From Candidatus Aminicenantes bacterium (lineage in GTDB: Bacteria > Acidobacteriota > Aminicenantia > Aminicenantales > Saccharicenantaceae): a stretch of 59,843 nt of DNA. Made by a program: the position numbers and the translations under genes. The stretch lies in contig VGJC01000002.1 in assembly GCA_016867635.1 (NCBI GenBank), positions 1 through 59,843 of the forward strand, in the 5' to 3' direction. The notes under the pieces are model-generated. The model ran no database searches and was not told the DNA's origin. It saw only the letters and a program-made list of their open reading frames with translations. This document shows positions 48,883 through 57,522 of this stretch, in pieces. How positions within the stretch are numbered: the first letter of the stretch is position 1; the number at the start of each line of letters is the position of its first letter.

Positions 48883-50066
48883 TACGAGCCTCCTTGCGCG
48901 ATGCGAGCCTCCGTGCTCGGCGCCCGGATCATGAAGACGGCCGTCGAGACGAGAAGAAGGAGCCCGGCGGCCATGTACATCTTCCGGTACCCGGCCAGGT
49001 CCGAGATCCATCCGAAGAACGGCGAGCCGAGGCCCATGCCCACATCGAACAGAGAAAGATACAGGCTGATGGCCAGCCCTTTGTGGCCCCGGCCCAGGAA
49101 GTCGATGATGTAGGTGCTGAGCGCCGGGAAGATCAGGCCCTGGCCCAGCCCGCCGATGAACCCCGTCAGGATCAGGAACGGATAGCTCCGGGCCTGAGAG
49201 ATGAGGAACAGATTGGCGCTGATGATCAGGGCCGCCGGCAGGATGACGGCCTTGCGCCCGAAGCGGTCCGACAGGTCGCTCATCCCGAACCGGGTCAGTA
49301 TGGCGGCCAGCGAGAAGACCAGGAAGAACGCTCCGACCCGCTCGATCTGGATGGACTTGCCGAACACGGCGATGAAGTAGATCATCGCCCCCCTGATCGA
49401 GCCGTGGAAGACGGGCATGGCCGAGATGACGAGGGCCGTCACAAGAGGAACGGTCCTCAGGGCGCCGAAGCCGGCCTTCCCGCCGTTCACCTCGGGCCGG
49501 GCGATCTCGCGCGTCGCGACAAGACACGCGCCGGCCGCGAACAGAAAGAGCAGGCTGGCGTTGAACAGACCGCCGAACCCGAAGCGGCTGATGACCTCCT
49601 CGGCGAGAAGCGGCCCGAGGGCGGTGGCCACCAGGCCGCCGACGCCGATGATGCCCATCGACCGGGCCAGGCGGTCGACGGGCGCGAGGTCCGAGCACAC
49701 CGCGATGGTCGCCGTCATGCCGATGCCCCAGCCGAGCCCGGTCAGGGCCCGCAGGGCGAGCGGCAGCCAGCCCGCGTCCTTGACGAAATGAAAGAGCGGC
49801 ACGCCCAGGACGAGGATGGCCAGCCCGAGCAGCGCGATCCGGCGTCCGCCCCGGACATCGATCATCCGCCCGAAAAAGGGACGGACGGCGATGGCCACGA
49901 CGCTGTGGACGCCCATGATCAGCCCGATGCGGCTCGGCCGTGCTTGGAGGTGTCCCAGGAAAACGGGCAGGAGAAAGAACAGGGAGATCGACATGAACAG
50001 GAAAAAAAAGCCGGCCAGGGCCAGCAGGAAATCCCTGTTCCAGAACGAACGGTTGCCGCTGTCCAT
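48882..50066 (-). CDS. MFS transporter
   Basis: Start set at MDSGNRSFWNRDFLLALAGFFF... (50066). 12-TM-like profile. The upstream part of listed ORF 48882..50381 crosses an AT-rich non-coding tract. Confidence 0.8.
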   Translation of the reverse strand: MDSGNRSFWNRDFLLALAGFFFLFMSISLFFLLPVFLGHLQARPSRIGLIMGVHSVVAIAVRPFFGRMIDVRGGRRIALLGLAILVLGVPLFHFVKDAGWLPLALRALTGLGWGIGMTATIAVCSDLAPVDRLARSMGIIGVGGLVATALGPLLAEEVISRFGFGGLFNASLLFLFAAGACLVATREIARPEVNGGKAGFGALRTVPLVTALVISAMPVFHGSIRGAMIYFIAVFGKSIQIERVGAFFLVFSLAAILTRFGMSDLSDRFGRKAVILPAALIISANLFLISQARSYPFLILTGFIGGLGQGLIFPALSTYIIDFLGRGHKGLAISLYLSLFDVGMGLGSPFFGWISDLAGYRKMYMAAGLLLLVSTAVFMIRAPSTEARIAQGGS

Positions 50067-50229
50067 CAGAACGGGATTTATAAAGGACCTGCGGACCGAT
50101 GTCAAATCCGCCCGCCCGCTGCGGGGGAGATAAGCTGGCTGTTTTTTAGGGGTTATAAGCTTAAGGGGGATATTGAAGGAGGGTAATCCTTGTGCCTTGC
50201 ACAGCCAGCCAAGCAAAGCGATTGAATGC

Positions 50230-50257
50230 ATTATAGCACAATCGCCAAAAATATCAA
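50230..50257 (-). promoter_or_regulatory. Putative promoter TTGATA-16-TGcTATAAT for the MFS-nitroreductase operon
   Basis: On the minus strand: TTGATA (50257-50252), 16-nt spacer, extended -10 TGCTATAAT (50238-50230). This predicts a leader of roughly 160 nt before ATG 50066. Confidence 0.4.
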
Positions 50258-50260
50258 ATA

Positions 50261-50908
50261 TCAGGACTGACGGCCGGCAAAGATAGACTCGGTCAGACAT
50301 CGGGCCCGGGCCGCCAGCCCCTTCCAATCCCCCGCTTCGACCATCCGCTTGTCGAGGAGGGCCGTCCCGATGCCGACGCAACAGGCCCCCGCCTCCAGGA
50401 ACGCCCGGGCGTTCTCGAGCGTTACCCCTCCCGTGGGCATGAGCCGGATGTCCGGCAAAGGTCCCCTGAGATCCTCGAAGAACCGGGGCCCGAGGGAAGT
50501 TGCCGGGAAGACCTTGACGATGTCGGCCCCGGCCCTCCAGGCCGTCACGATCTCGGTCGGCGTGAAGGCCCCGGGCGCGACGAGGACGCCGGCCTCGCGG
50601 CAGACTTCGATTGTCCCCATGTCTGTCACCGGAGAGACGATGAAATCCGCTCCGGCGGCGATGACCTCCCCTGCGGTCCCCGCATCCAGGACCGTCCCGG
50701 CGCCTACAAGCGTGCCCGGTGCCTTCGACCCGGCCATCTCCCGGATGATCCCGACCGCCCCGGGCACGGTCATGGTGACCTCGAGGGCCCTGATGCCGCC
50801 TTCGAGCAGGGCGGCCGCGACCCGCGACAGCTTGACCGCGTCCTTCGTCCGGATGACGGCGACGACCTTCGAGGACATCAGCTCTTCGAGGACCTTGGCT
50901 TTCTCCAC
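50261..50908 (-). CDS. eda: 2-dehydro-3-deoxyphosphogluconate (KDPG) / 4-hydroxy-2-oxoglutarate aldolase
   Basis: GTG 50908 with RBS GGGGAGGG upstream. ...VVAVIR...GGIRALEVTM...VKVFPA... is Eda-like. Confidence 0.85.
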   Translation of the reverse strand: MEKAKVLEELMSSKVVAVIRTKDAVKLSRVAAALLEGGIRALEVTMTVPGAVGIIREMAGSKAPGTLVGAGTVLDAGTAGEVIAAGADFIVSPVTDMGTIEVCREAGVLVAPGAFTPTEIVTAWRAGADIVKVFPATSLGPRFFEDLRGPLPDIRLMPTGGVTLENARAFLEAGACCVGIGTALLDKRMVEAGDWKGLAARARCLTESIFAGRQS

Positions 50909-50921
50909 CTTCCGCCCTCCC

Positions 50922-51953
50922 CTATCGCCGGATCCGCCCAGAGCGGTCGCCCGCCGTCAGGGCCACGATCTCCTTCTCCGTGGCCAGATTGAAATCGCCG
51001 GGGATCGAGTGCTTGAGACACGACGCGGCGACGCCGAACCCGAGCGCCCGGGCGTCCTCCCAGCCGCTTGCCAGCCCATGGATGAGCCCGGCGGCGAACG
51101 CGTCGCCCGTCCCGACGCGGTCGACGATGTTCCGGATGTCGTACGTCGGGCCGGCCAGGAATCCCTTCCTGTTCCTCAGCACGGCCGACCACGTGTTCCG
51201 GTCGGCGCTCGCGCTGCCCCTCAAAGTGACGGCCACGCGCTCGACCCGGGGGAACTCGGCCATGACCTTGGCTGTCAGCGTCTCGTAGGCCGCCGGGTCG
51301 AGCGGGCCCGTGACCCTGGCGCCCCCTTCGACCCCGATGCCCAGCGCTTTCTGGCAGTCCTCCTCGTTGCCGACCAGAAGATCGGCGTGGGCCGCGAGCT
51401 CCCGCATGACCTCGGGGGCCGGACGGCCGTAGTTCCAGAGCTTGGACCTGTAGTTCAGGTCGATGGAAACGGTCATCCCGGCCGCCTTCGCCGCCTTGAC
51501 CGCCTCCGTCGTCAGCCCGGCCGCGGAAGCGCTCACGGCCGGCGTGATCCCGCTGATGTGGAACCATTCGAAGCCGGACAGCGCCCCGCTCCAATCGATA
51601 TCCCCGGCCTTGGCCTCCGCCAGCCCCGAGCCCTCGCGGTCGTAGACGACAAGCGAAGCCCTTTCGTTGGCTCCCGTCTCGGCGAAATAGAGGCCCAGCC
51701 GCCGCCCGGCCCGCCGCACTTGGCCGGTGTCCACTCCGTAGCGCCGCAAGGCTCCCAGGGCCGCCTCGCCGATCTCGTTCGCGGGCACGACCGAGATCCA
51801 CCGGGAACGGTGTCCCAGCAAGGCCAGCGAAACGGCCACGTTGGCCTCCCCGCCGCCGAAAACGGCCGACAGGCGCGGGGACTGGAAGAGCCGCTCCTTG
51901 CCCGGCGGCGACAGCCTGAGCATGATCTCGCCGAACGTCGCGATTCCGGCCAT
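50922..51953 (-). CDS. kdgK: PfkB-family sugar kinase, 2-dehydro-3-deoxygluconokinase-like
   Basis: Start at MAGIATFGEIMLRLSP (51953) with RBS AAGGAGA. C-terminal GTGDAFAAGL ATP-site motif. Adjacent to eda. Confidence 0.85.
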   Translation of the reverse strand: MAGIATFGEIMLRLSPPGKERLFQSPRLSAVFGGGEANVAVSLALLGHRSRWISVVPANEIGEAALGALRRYGVDTGQVRRAGRRLGLYFAETGANERASLVVYDREGSGLAEAKAGDIDWSGALSGFEWFHISGITPAVSASAAGLTTEAVKAAKAAGMTVSIDLNYRSKLWNYGRPAPEVMRELAAHADLLVGNEEDCQKALGIGVEGGARVTGPLDPAAYETLTAKVMAEFPRVERVAVTLRGSASADRNTWSAVLRNRKGFLAGPTYDIRNIVDRVGTGDAFAAGLIHGLASGWEDARALGFGVAASCLKHSIPGDFNLATEKEIVALTAGDRSGRIRR

Positions 51954-52017
51954 GGCTTTTCTCCTTCGGCCCAACCATACCACAGCCCCGCGGACGGAAT
52001 CAAAACCGCCGCTTCCC

Positions 52018-52046
52018 TTGACCTGCCCCGCTTCCTGTGCTAACTA
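52018..52046 (+). promoter_or_regulatory. Putative promoter TTGACC-17-TAACTA for fbp
   Basis: TTGACC 52018-52023, 17-nt spacer, TAACTA 52041-52046, in the kdgK/fbp divergent region. Confidence 0.35.
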
Positions 52047-52112
52047 AAAGGAATGGGGCGATCGAACGGACCGGCTCCAGGGCCGGCCCGAATTTCCCGG
52101 GGAGGATGAATC

Positions 52113-53132
52113 ATGCTGCACTTCGAACAAACCTTCATGGATTTCCTTCTCGAACATCAGGAGCGCCATCACCGGACCTACCACTTCCTCATCCTCATGA
52201 ATTCCATCCTCAACGCCGCCAAGCGCATCCAGTATTACTACCTGACCGGGGCCCTGCACGGCAACCTCGGCATGGCCGGCTCCGTCAACGTTCAGGGCGA
52301 GGACGTGATGAAGATGGACGACATCGCCAACGAGGTCGTCAAGCACTACCTGGAGAGGTCCGGCCGGGTCATCCACGCCGTCTCAGAGGAAGAAGAGAAC
52401 ATCATTCCCATGAACGTCGAAGGCGGCCGGTATTTCTTCTACTACGACCCGATGGACGGCACGTCCAACGTCCCCCACAACCTCCCCGTGGGCTTCCTGT
52501 TCGGGATCGGCAAGCGCAACCTGGATGGCCCCGAAGACAACCACCTCCGGGCCGGGAACGAGTTCCGGGCGGCCGGGATGTTCGTCATCCCCACCGGGAC
52601 CTTCACCCTGGCGCTGCGGGACGCGGGTTGCTGGCGCTTCCACATCGACGAGATGATGAACTACGTCAAGCCCGTCCGCATGGTCCTGCCCGAGGACCGC
52701 AAGACCTGGGAGCTGTCTTTCAACACCGCCAACCGCGAGTACTACGCCGCGGGCATCCAGGAGTGGATCCGGAACAACGAAAAGTCCTTCGTCTTCCGCT
52801 ATCTCGGGGCCCTGGCCGGCGACTTCCACCGCATCCTGCGCAACGGCGGCCTGTTCATGTACCCGGCCATCGTCAACCACCCCGTTGCCAAGAAGAACCG
52901 CCCCCAGGGCAAGCTCCGCTTGATGTACGAGGCGGCCGTGGTGGCCTTCATGTGCTGCGAGGCCGGGGGCTCGGCCGTGGACGAGAGCGGTAAATCCATC
53001 TTGGACATCGTGCCGGAGATGCCCCACCAGAGGACCGCCCTTTACCTGGGGTCGAAGCCCCTGGTCGAGGAGATCGCCGGTATCCTCAGGGGGGGGAAGG
53101 GGCCGGCTTCCGCTCCTGGCGGGTGCCGGTAA
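52113..53132 (+). CDS. fbp: Fructose-1,6-bisphosphatase class 1
   Basis: ...NVQGEDVMKMDDIANE... and YDPMDGTSN (DPxDGSSN-type) motifs. 339 aa. Confidence 0.9.
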   Translation: MLHFEQTFMDFLLEHQERHHRTYHFLILMNSILNAAKRIQYYYLTGALHGNLGMAGSVNVQGEDVMKMDDIANEVVKHYLERSGRVIHAVSEEEENIIPMNVEGGRYFFYYDPMDGTSNVPHNLPVGFLFGIGKRNLDGPEDNHLRAGNEFRAAGMFVIPTGTFTLALRDAGCWRFHIDEMMNYVKPVRMVLPEDRKTWELSFNTANREYYAAGIQEWIRNNEKSFVFRYLGALAGDFHRILRNGGLFMYPAIVNHPVAKKNRPQGKLRLMYEAAVVAFMCCEAGGSAVDESGKSILDIVPEMPHQRTALYLGSKPLVEEIAGILRGGKGPASAPGGCR

Positions 53133-53248
53133 CCGGTCGAGCGCCTCCGTTCCCGCCCGACATCCGGGCGCTCTTTCCGCTCCTACCCGTTTCCCGCGTT
53201 TTGGAGTAAAATGGGTCCCGCTCCATCGCCACCGAAAGGAGACCCCCG

Positions 53249-54445
53249 ATGTCTCAACGCACACCGGTCGCACGGCGGCTGGCAGGCCTGGCCGCCTTGA
53301 CCTTTATCATGGCCGGCCCGGCCGCGGCCCAGGCCCAGGACCCCAAGGTCCTCGGCTTCAAGAAACAATTCGTCATCGAAATAACCAATCCCGGGCCCGT
53401 CGCGCTCGACAACCACCCGATCATCATCGACGTCGCGGGCGTGCGCGGCTTGGCCTCCGATTTCAACACCTACAACTACGCCCTTTTCGACGAAGCCGGC
53501 GGCGATTACCGATTGGTCGTCACGCAGACCGACGATCTGGACGGCGACCGCTATCACGACGAGATCGTGTTCATCCGCAGCCTCGCGCCTCTGTCCACGA
53601 CCCGGCTCGTCTGCTACTACTCGCCGACCCGCAGCTTCCAGCTCATGCCGACCGCCAAGGCCGGCGCCCGGACCGGCTGGGAACCCGGCTCGTCCACGGC
53701 GGGCTGGGAATCCAACCTGGCCGCCTACAAGTTCGTCAACGGACGGATCGAGTTCTACGGGAAGTCCTACGACGGTCTCATCCTGAGGAAGCTCCCGGCC
53801 GAAGAGAGGCGCCTGCAGGAATGGGGCCTGAACGCCCTCGACGCCGGCGAGTCGGCCGGGCTCGGCGGACTGAGCCTGTGGGACGGGGACACGCGTCTGC
53901 CTCTCTACGGCCCGTCCGGTCCCGAGGCCAAGCTGACCGTTCTCTCCTCGGGCCCCGTCCGGGCTTTGGTCAAGGCGGATCTCGGGTCCGTAGGGCTCGC
54001 CGGCGGCGCCGCGGCCGCCGTCACCGCCCGCTTTTCCGCCTTCGCCGACAACGCCTGGTCCCGTCACGATGTCCTCGTGGAGACGAAGACCGGCGGACCG
54101 GTCCTCTTCGGCCCCGGCCTCAAGAAGCTCGCCGCCGAGACCAGAACGCTCAAGGAAGCCAAGGGATTCTTCGCCACTTGGGGGAAAACACCCGGCGCCG
54201 GGGAGATCGGCCTGGCCGCGGTCTTTTCCCCGGCCGACTTCGCCGGCCTGGAGGAGGGCGGGGTCGACCGCGCGGTCAAGCTCAAGGGCCCGTCCTCAAG
54301 AACCGTGACGTTCTGGGTCGTGGGGTCCTGGGAAAGGGGCATCACTTCGCCGGGCGTTCCGTCGGCGCAGAACTGGGCCCTCGGGATCGAGAACCTCGCG
54401 TCGCGCCTCCTGTCCCCGGTCAAGGTGGAGTTCAAGGCCCGTTGA
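53249..54445 (+). CDS. Exported hypothetical protein, DUF4861-like
   Basis: RBS AAGGAG. Signal peptide ...LAALTFIMAGPAAAQA. The N-terminal ...FVIEITNPGPVALDNHPIIIDV... and central ...RIEFYGK.. pattern resemble DUF4861 proteins found next to KDG-pathway genes. The family call is from memory only. Confidence 0.55.
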   Translation: MSQRTPVARRLAGLAALTFIMAGPAAAQAQDPKVLGFKKQFVIEITNPGPVALDNHPIIIDVAGVRGLASDFNTYNYALFDEAGGDYRLVVTQTDDLDGDRYHDEIVFIRSLAPLSTTRLVCYYSPTRSFQLMPTAKAGARTGWEPGSSTAGWESNLAAYKFVNGRIEFYGKSYDGLILRKLPAEERRLQEWGLNALDAGESAGLGGLSLWDGDTRLPLYGPSGPEAKLTVLSSGPVRALVKADLGSVGLAGGAAAAVTARFSAFADNAWSRHDVLVETKTGGPVLFGPGLKKLAAETRTLKEAKGFFATWGKTPGAGEIGLAAVFSPADFAGLEEGGVDRAVKLKGPSSRTVTFWVVGSWERGITSPGVPSAQNWALGIENLASRLLSPVKVEFKAR

Positions 54446-54498
54446 GCTCCCCTCCCTGCGATCCCGGGTTCAGCCCGATCGTCCTGGCCTACCGCGAT

Positions 54499-55839
54499 AT
54501 GCTCGAACGGGCCCGTCGCGCGGGCGAGGTCCCTCTGAAGATCGGCGTCGAGCGCGAGGGCGGGCTGATCTCGCCGTTCGAGACCTCTATCCCCGACCCG
54601 GTCACGGACGCCGAGCCCGGAACGACGCGGCGGCTCGTCGAGCGGCTCGTCAAGTTCCTGCTCTGGTCGCGGGGCGGCTGGAAGGTCCATTTCCAGGGGC
54701 CCTCCGCGATCGGCGAGCACATCCGCGACCATTACGCCGCCGACGGCCCCCGGGCCTTCGACGTCCGCCTCATGAGCCGTGTCTACGAGCGCCCCTTCGA
54801 GGTCTCCCTGCATCGCTCCGGAACGTTCCCCGAAGCGCGGGAAAGCCGCCGCCACCTGGGGGGCTTTCTCGACGGTTGCCGGATCGGGTTCGATCTCGGG
54901 GCCAGCGACTACAAGATCGCCGCCGTCAAGGACGGAGTCCCCGTGTTCAGCGAGGAGCTCCCGTGGGCGCCGGCGGTCGAAGCCGACCCGGACTATCATT
55001 ACCGGCACATCCGCGAAGGATTGAAGAGGGCCGCCGGCCATCTCCCCCGGGTCGACGCCATCGGCGGAAGCTCGGCCGGCGTCTTCATCGACAATCAGGT
55101 CCGCATCGCCTCCCTCTTCCGGGCCGTCCCTGAAGACGTCTTCGAGAACAAGGTCAAGGGCCTGTTCCTGCGGCTTCGGGACGAATGGGGAGTGCCCTTC
55201 GAGGTCCTCAACGACGGCGAGGTCACGGCCCTCGCCGGGATGATGTCCCTCGAAGAGAAGGCCGTCCTGGGCCTCGCCATGGGCTCCAGCCAGGCCGCCG
55301 GGTTCCTCAACGAGGACGGGCACCTCATGGACTGGCTGGACGAGCTGGCCTTCGTGCCCGTCGACATCAGCCCCGGGGCCCCCGTGGACGAGTGGTCGGG
55401 CGACAGGGGCGTCGGGGCCAATTATTTCTCACAGCAGGCCGTGAACCGCCTGGCTCTCGCGGCGGGCTTCCGCTTTCCCGAGGCCATGGCCCTTCCCGAG
55501 CGTCTCAAGGAGGTCCAGGCCCGCATGGACGCCGGCGACGAGCGGGCGGCCCGCATCTACGAAACCATCGGCGTCACCCTGGGGTACACGGTCCCTTGGT
55601 ATGAGGTCTTCTACCGCTTCAGGAACCTGCTCGTCCTGGGCCGGGTCATGTCGGGGCCGGGTGGGGACGTCATTGTCCGAAAAGCCGCCGAGGTCCTGGA
55701 GGCCGAATTCCCCGGGACCGCCGCGCGGGTCCGGATCCATCTCCTGGACGAAAGGAGCCGGAGGGTCGGTCAGGCGGTGGCCGCGGCCAGCCTTCCGGAG
55801 ATAGACACGGAGGAGAAAGCAAAAGGAGTCCGGCCATGA
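54499..55839 (+). CDS. ROK/ASKHA-type sugar kinase-like protein with ~130-aa N-terminal extension
   Basis: ASKHA phosphate-1 motif GFDLGASDYKIA, plus ...IGGSSAGV... and ...LNDGEVTALAG.... Start is uncertain: ATG 54499, or TTG 54442 overlapping the previous stop. Confidence 0.7.
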   Translation: MLERARRAGEVPLKIGVEREGGLISPFETSIPDPVTDAEPGTTRRLVERLVKFLLWSRGGWKVHFQGPSAIGEHIRDHYAADGPRAFDVRLMSRVYERPFEVSLHRSGTFPEARESRRHLGGFLDGCRIGFDLGASDYKIAAVKDGVPVFSEELPWAPAVEADPDYHYRHIREGLKRAAGHLPRVDAIGGSSAGVFIDNQVRIASLFRAVPEDVFENKVKGLFLRLRDEWGVPFEVLNDGEVTALAGMMSLEEKAVLGLAMGSSQAAGFLNEDGHLMDWLDELAFVPVDISPGAPVDEWSGDRGVGANYFSQQAVNRLALAAGFRFPEAMALPERLKEVQARMDAGDERAARIYETIGVTLGYTVPWYEVFYRFRNLLVLGRVMSGPGGDVIVRKAAEVLEAEFPGTAARVRIHLLDERSRRVGQAVAAASLPEIDTEEKAKGVRP

Positions 55840-56696
55840 AGCTGCACAACCCCGACGCGTCGATCTTCGTCCCCGACGGGAAGGCGGTCCCGGAGACCCT
55901 GCGGAGGATCACGCACCTGGGCCTCGGCGCCCACCAGGACGACCTGGAGATCATGGCCTTCCACGGTATCGAAAGGTGTTATCACAGCCGGGAGCGCTGG
56001 TTCGGGGCCGTGACCTGCACCGACGGCGGCGGCAGCCCGCGGGCCGGGGAATACGCCTCCTACTCGGACGGCGAGATGGCCGCTCTCAGGAGACGCGAAC
56101 AGGAGAAGGCGGCCCTGCTCGGCGATTACGGCGTCCTTGTCCAGCTCAACCACACGAGCGCCGCCGTCAAGGACGTGTCGACCGGCGTGCTCAAAGATGA
56201 CCTCGTCGAGGTCCTCAAGGCCGTCAGGCCCGATGTCGTCTACACCCATAATCCGGCCGACAAACACGAAACCCACCTGGCCGTCGTTTTCACCGCGCTG
56301 GCCGCTCTTCGCGAGCTTCCGTCTGAAGACCGGCCCCGCGCCGTCTACGGCTGCGAGGTCTGGAGGGGGCTGGACTGGATGGACGACGGCGACAAGGCCG
56401 CCCTCGACGTCGGCGCGCGGGAGGGCCTGGCCATGGCCCTGATCGGCGTCTACGACTCCCAGGTCGCGGGCGGCAAGCGGTACGACTTGGCGACCATGGG
56501 CCGCCGCCGGTCCAACGCCACTTATTTCCAGTCGCATCGGACCGACGCGGCCGACCAGCTTTGGTTCGCCATGGACCTGAGCCCGCTCGTCCGGGACGAT
56601 TCTTTGGACGTCCCCAAGTACATCCTGTCGCACGTCGACCGGTTCCGCCGGAGCGTCGAGGAAGGTATCGAAAGGTTCTGGATCAAAAGGCCCTGA
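55836..56696 (+). CDS. PIG-L/LmbE-family N-acetyl-sugar deacetylase
   Basis: ATGA overlap with the kinase gene. LGLGAHQDDLEIMAF (AHxDDxE zinc-site motif) and later HNPADKHETH. Confidence 0.8.
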   Translation: MKLHNPDASIFVPDGKAVPETLRRITHLGLGAHQDDLEIMAFHGIERCYHSRERWFGAVTCTDGGGSPRAGEYASYSDGEMAALRRREQEKAALLGDYGVLVQLNHTSAAVKDVSTGVLKDDLVEVLKAVRPDVVYTHNPADKHETHLAVVFTALAALRELPSEDRPRAVYGCEVWRGLDWMDDGDKAALDVGAREGLAMALIGVYDSQVAGGKRYDLATMGRRRSNATYFQSHRTDAADQLWFAMDLSPLVRDDSLDVPKYILSHVDRFRRSVEEGIERFWIKRP

Positions 56697-56723
56697 ACGG
56701 ACCCTGTTCCACTGGAGGGAGAC

Positions 56724-57506
56724 ATGGAGATCATCATTCAACCCGACAGCCTGCAGGCCAGCCAGGTCGCGGCCCGCATCGTGGCCCGCCTGGTGGAGGA
56801 CAAGCCCCGCGCCGTCCTCGGGTTCGCCACCGGCAGCACGCCATTGCCGCTTTACCGGGAGCTCGTCCGCATGCACCGGGAGTCAGGGCTGGATCTCAGC
56901 GCCGCGACGACGTTCAATCTCGACGAATACGTCGGCATCTCCCCCGCCCATCCCTCCTCTTATCACAGCTACATGTGGGCCCACCTTTTCAGCCACGTCA
57001 ACATCGCCAAGGGGCGCATCAACATCCCTGACGGCCTGACCAGGGACATCCCCGCCTATTGCCGGCAGTACGAACAGGCCATCCATTCGGCCGGCGGCAT
57101 CGACATCCAGATCCTCGGCATCGGCACCAACGGGCACATCGGGTTCAACGAGCCGACCTCCTCCCTGTCCTCGCGGACGAGGATCAAGACCCTGACGGAG
57201 GAATCCCGCAGGCACACCGCGGCCGGGTTCGGCGGGCCCGAAGGGGTCCCGACCCACGTCATCACCATGGGCCTGGGGACCATCATGGACAGCCGGATGT
57301 GCCTCCTCCTGGCCTTCGGCAAGAAGAAGGCCCGGGCCGTGGCCCGGGCCGTCGAGGGCCCGGTCACGGCCATGGTGCCCGGTTCCGTCCTTCAGATGCA
57401 CCCCCGGACCGTGGTCGTCCTCGACCGGGAGGCGGCCTCGGAGCTCGAGATGGCCGGCTACTATACCTGGGTCTACGACCACAAGCCCGACTGGCAGAGA
57501 TACTGA
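56724..57506 (+). CDS. nagB: Glucosamine-6-phosphate deaminase
   Basis: RBS GGAGGGA. ...LGFATGSTPLPLY..., FNLDEYVG and LGIGTNGHIGFNEP motifs. Confidence 0.92.
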   Translation: MEIIIQPDSLQASQVAARIVARLVEDKPRAVLGFATGSTPLPLYRELVRMHRESGLDLSAATTFNLDEYVGISPAHPSSYHSYMWAHLFSHVNIAKGRINIPDGLTRDIPAYCRQYEQAIHSAGGIDIQILGIGTNGHIGFNEPTSSLSSRTRIKTLTEESRRHTAAGFGGPEGVPTHVITMGLGTIMDSRMCLLLAFGKKKARAVARAVEGPVTAMVPGSVLQMHPRTVVVLDREAASELEMAGYYTWVYDHKPDWQRY

Positions 57507-57522
57507 GCGAAAGGACGCCTCC

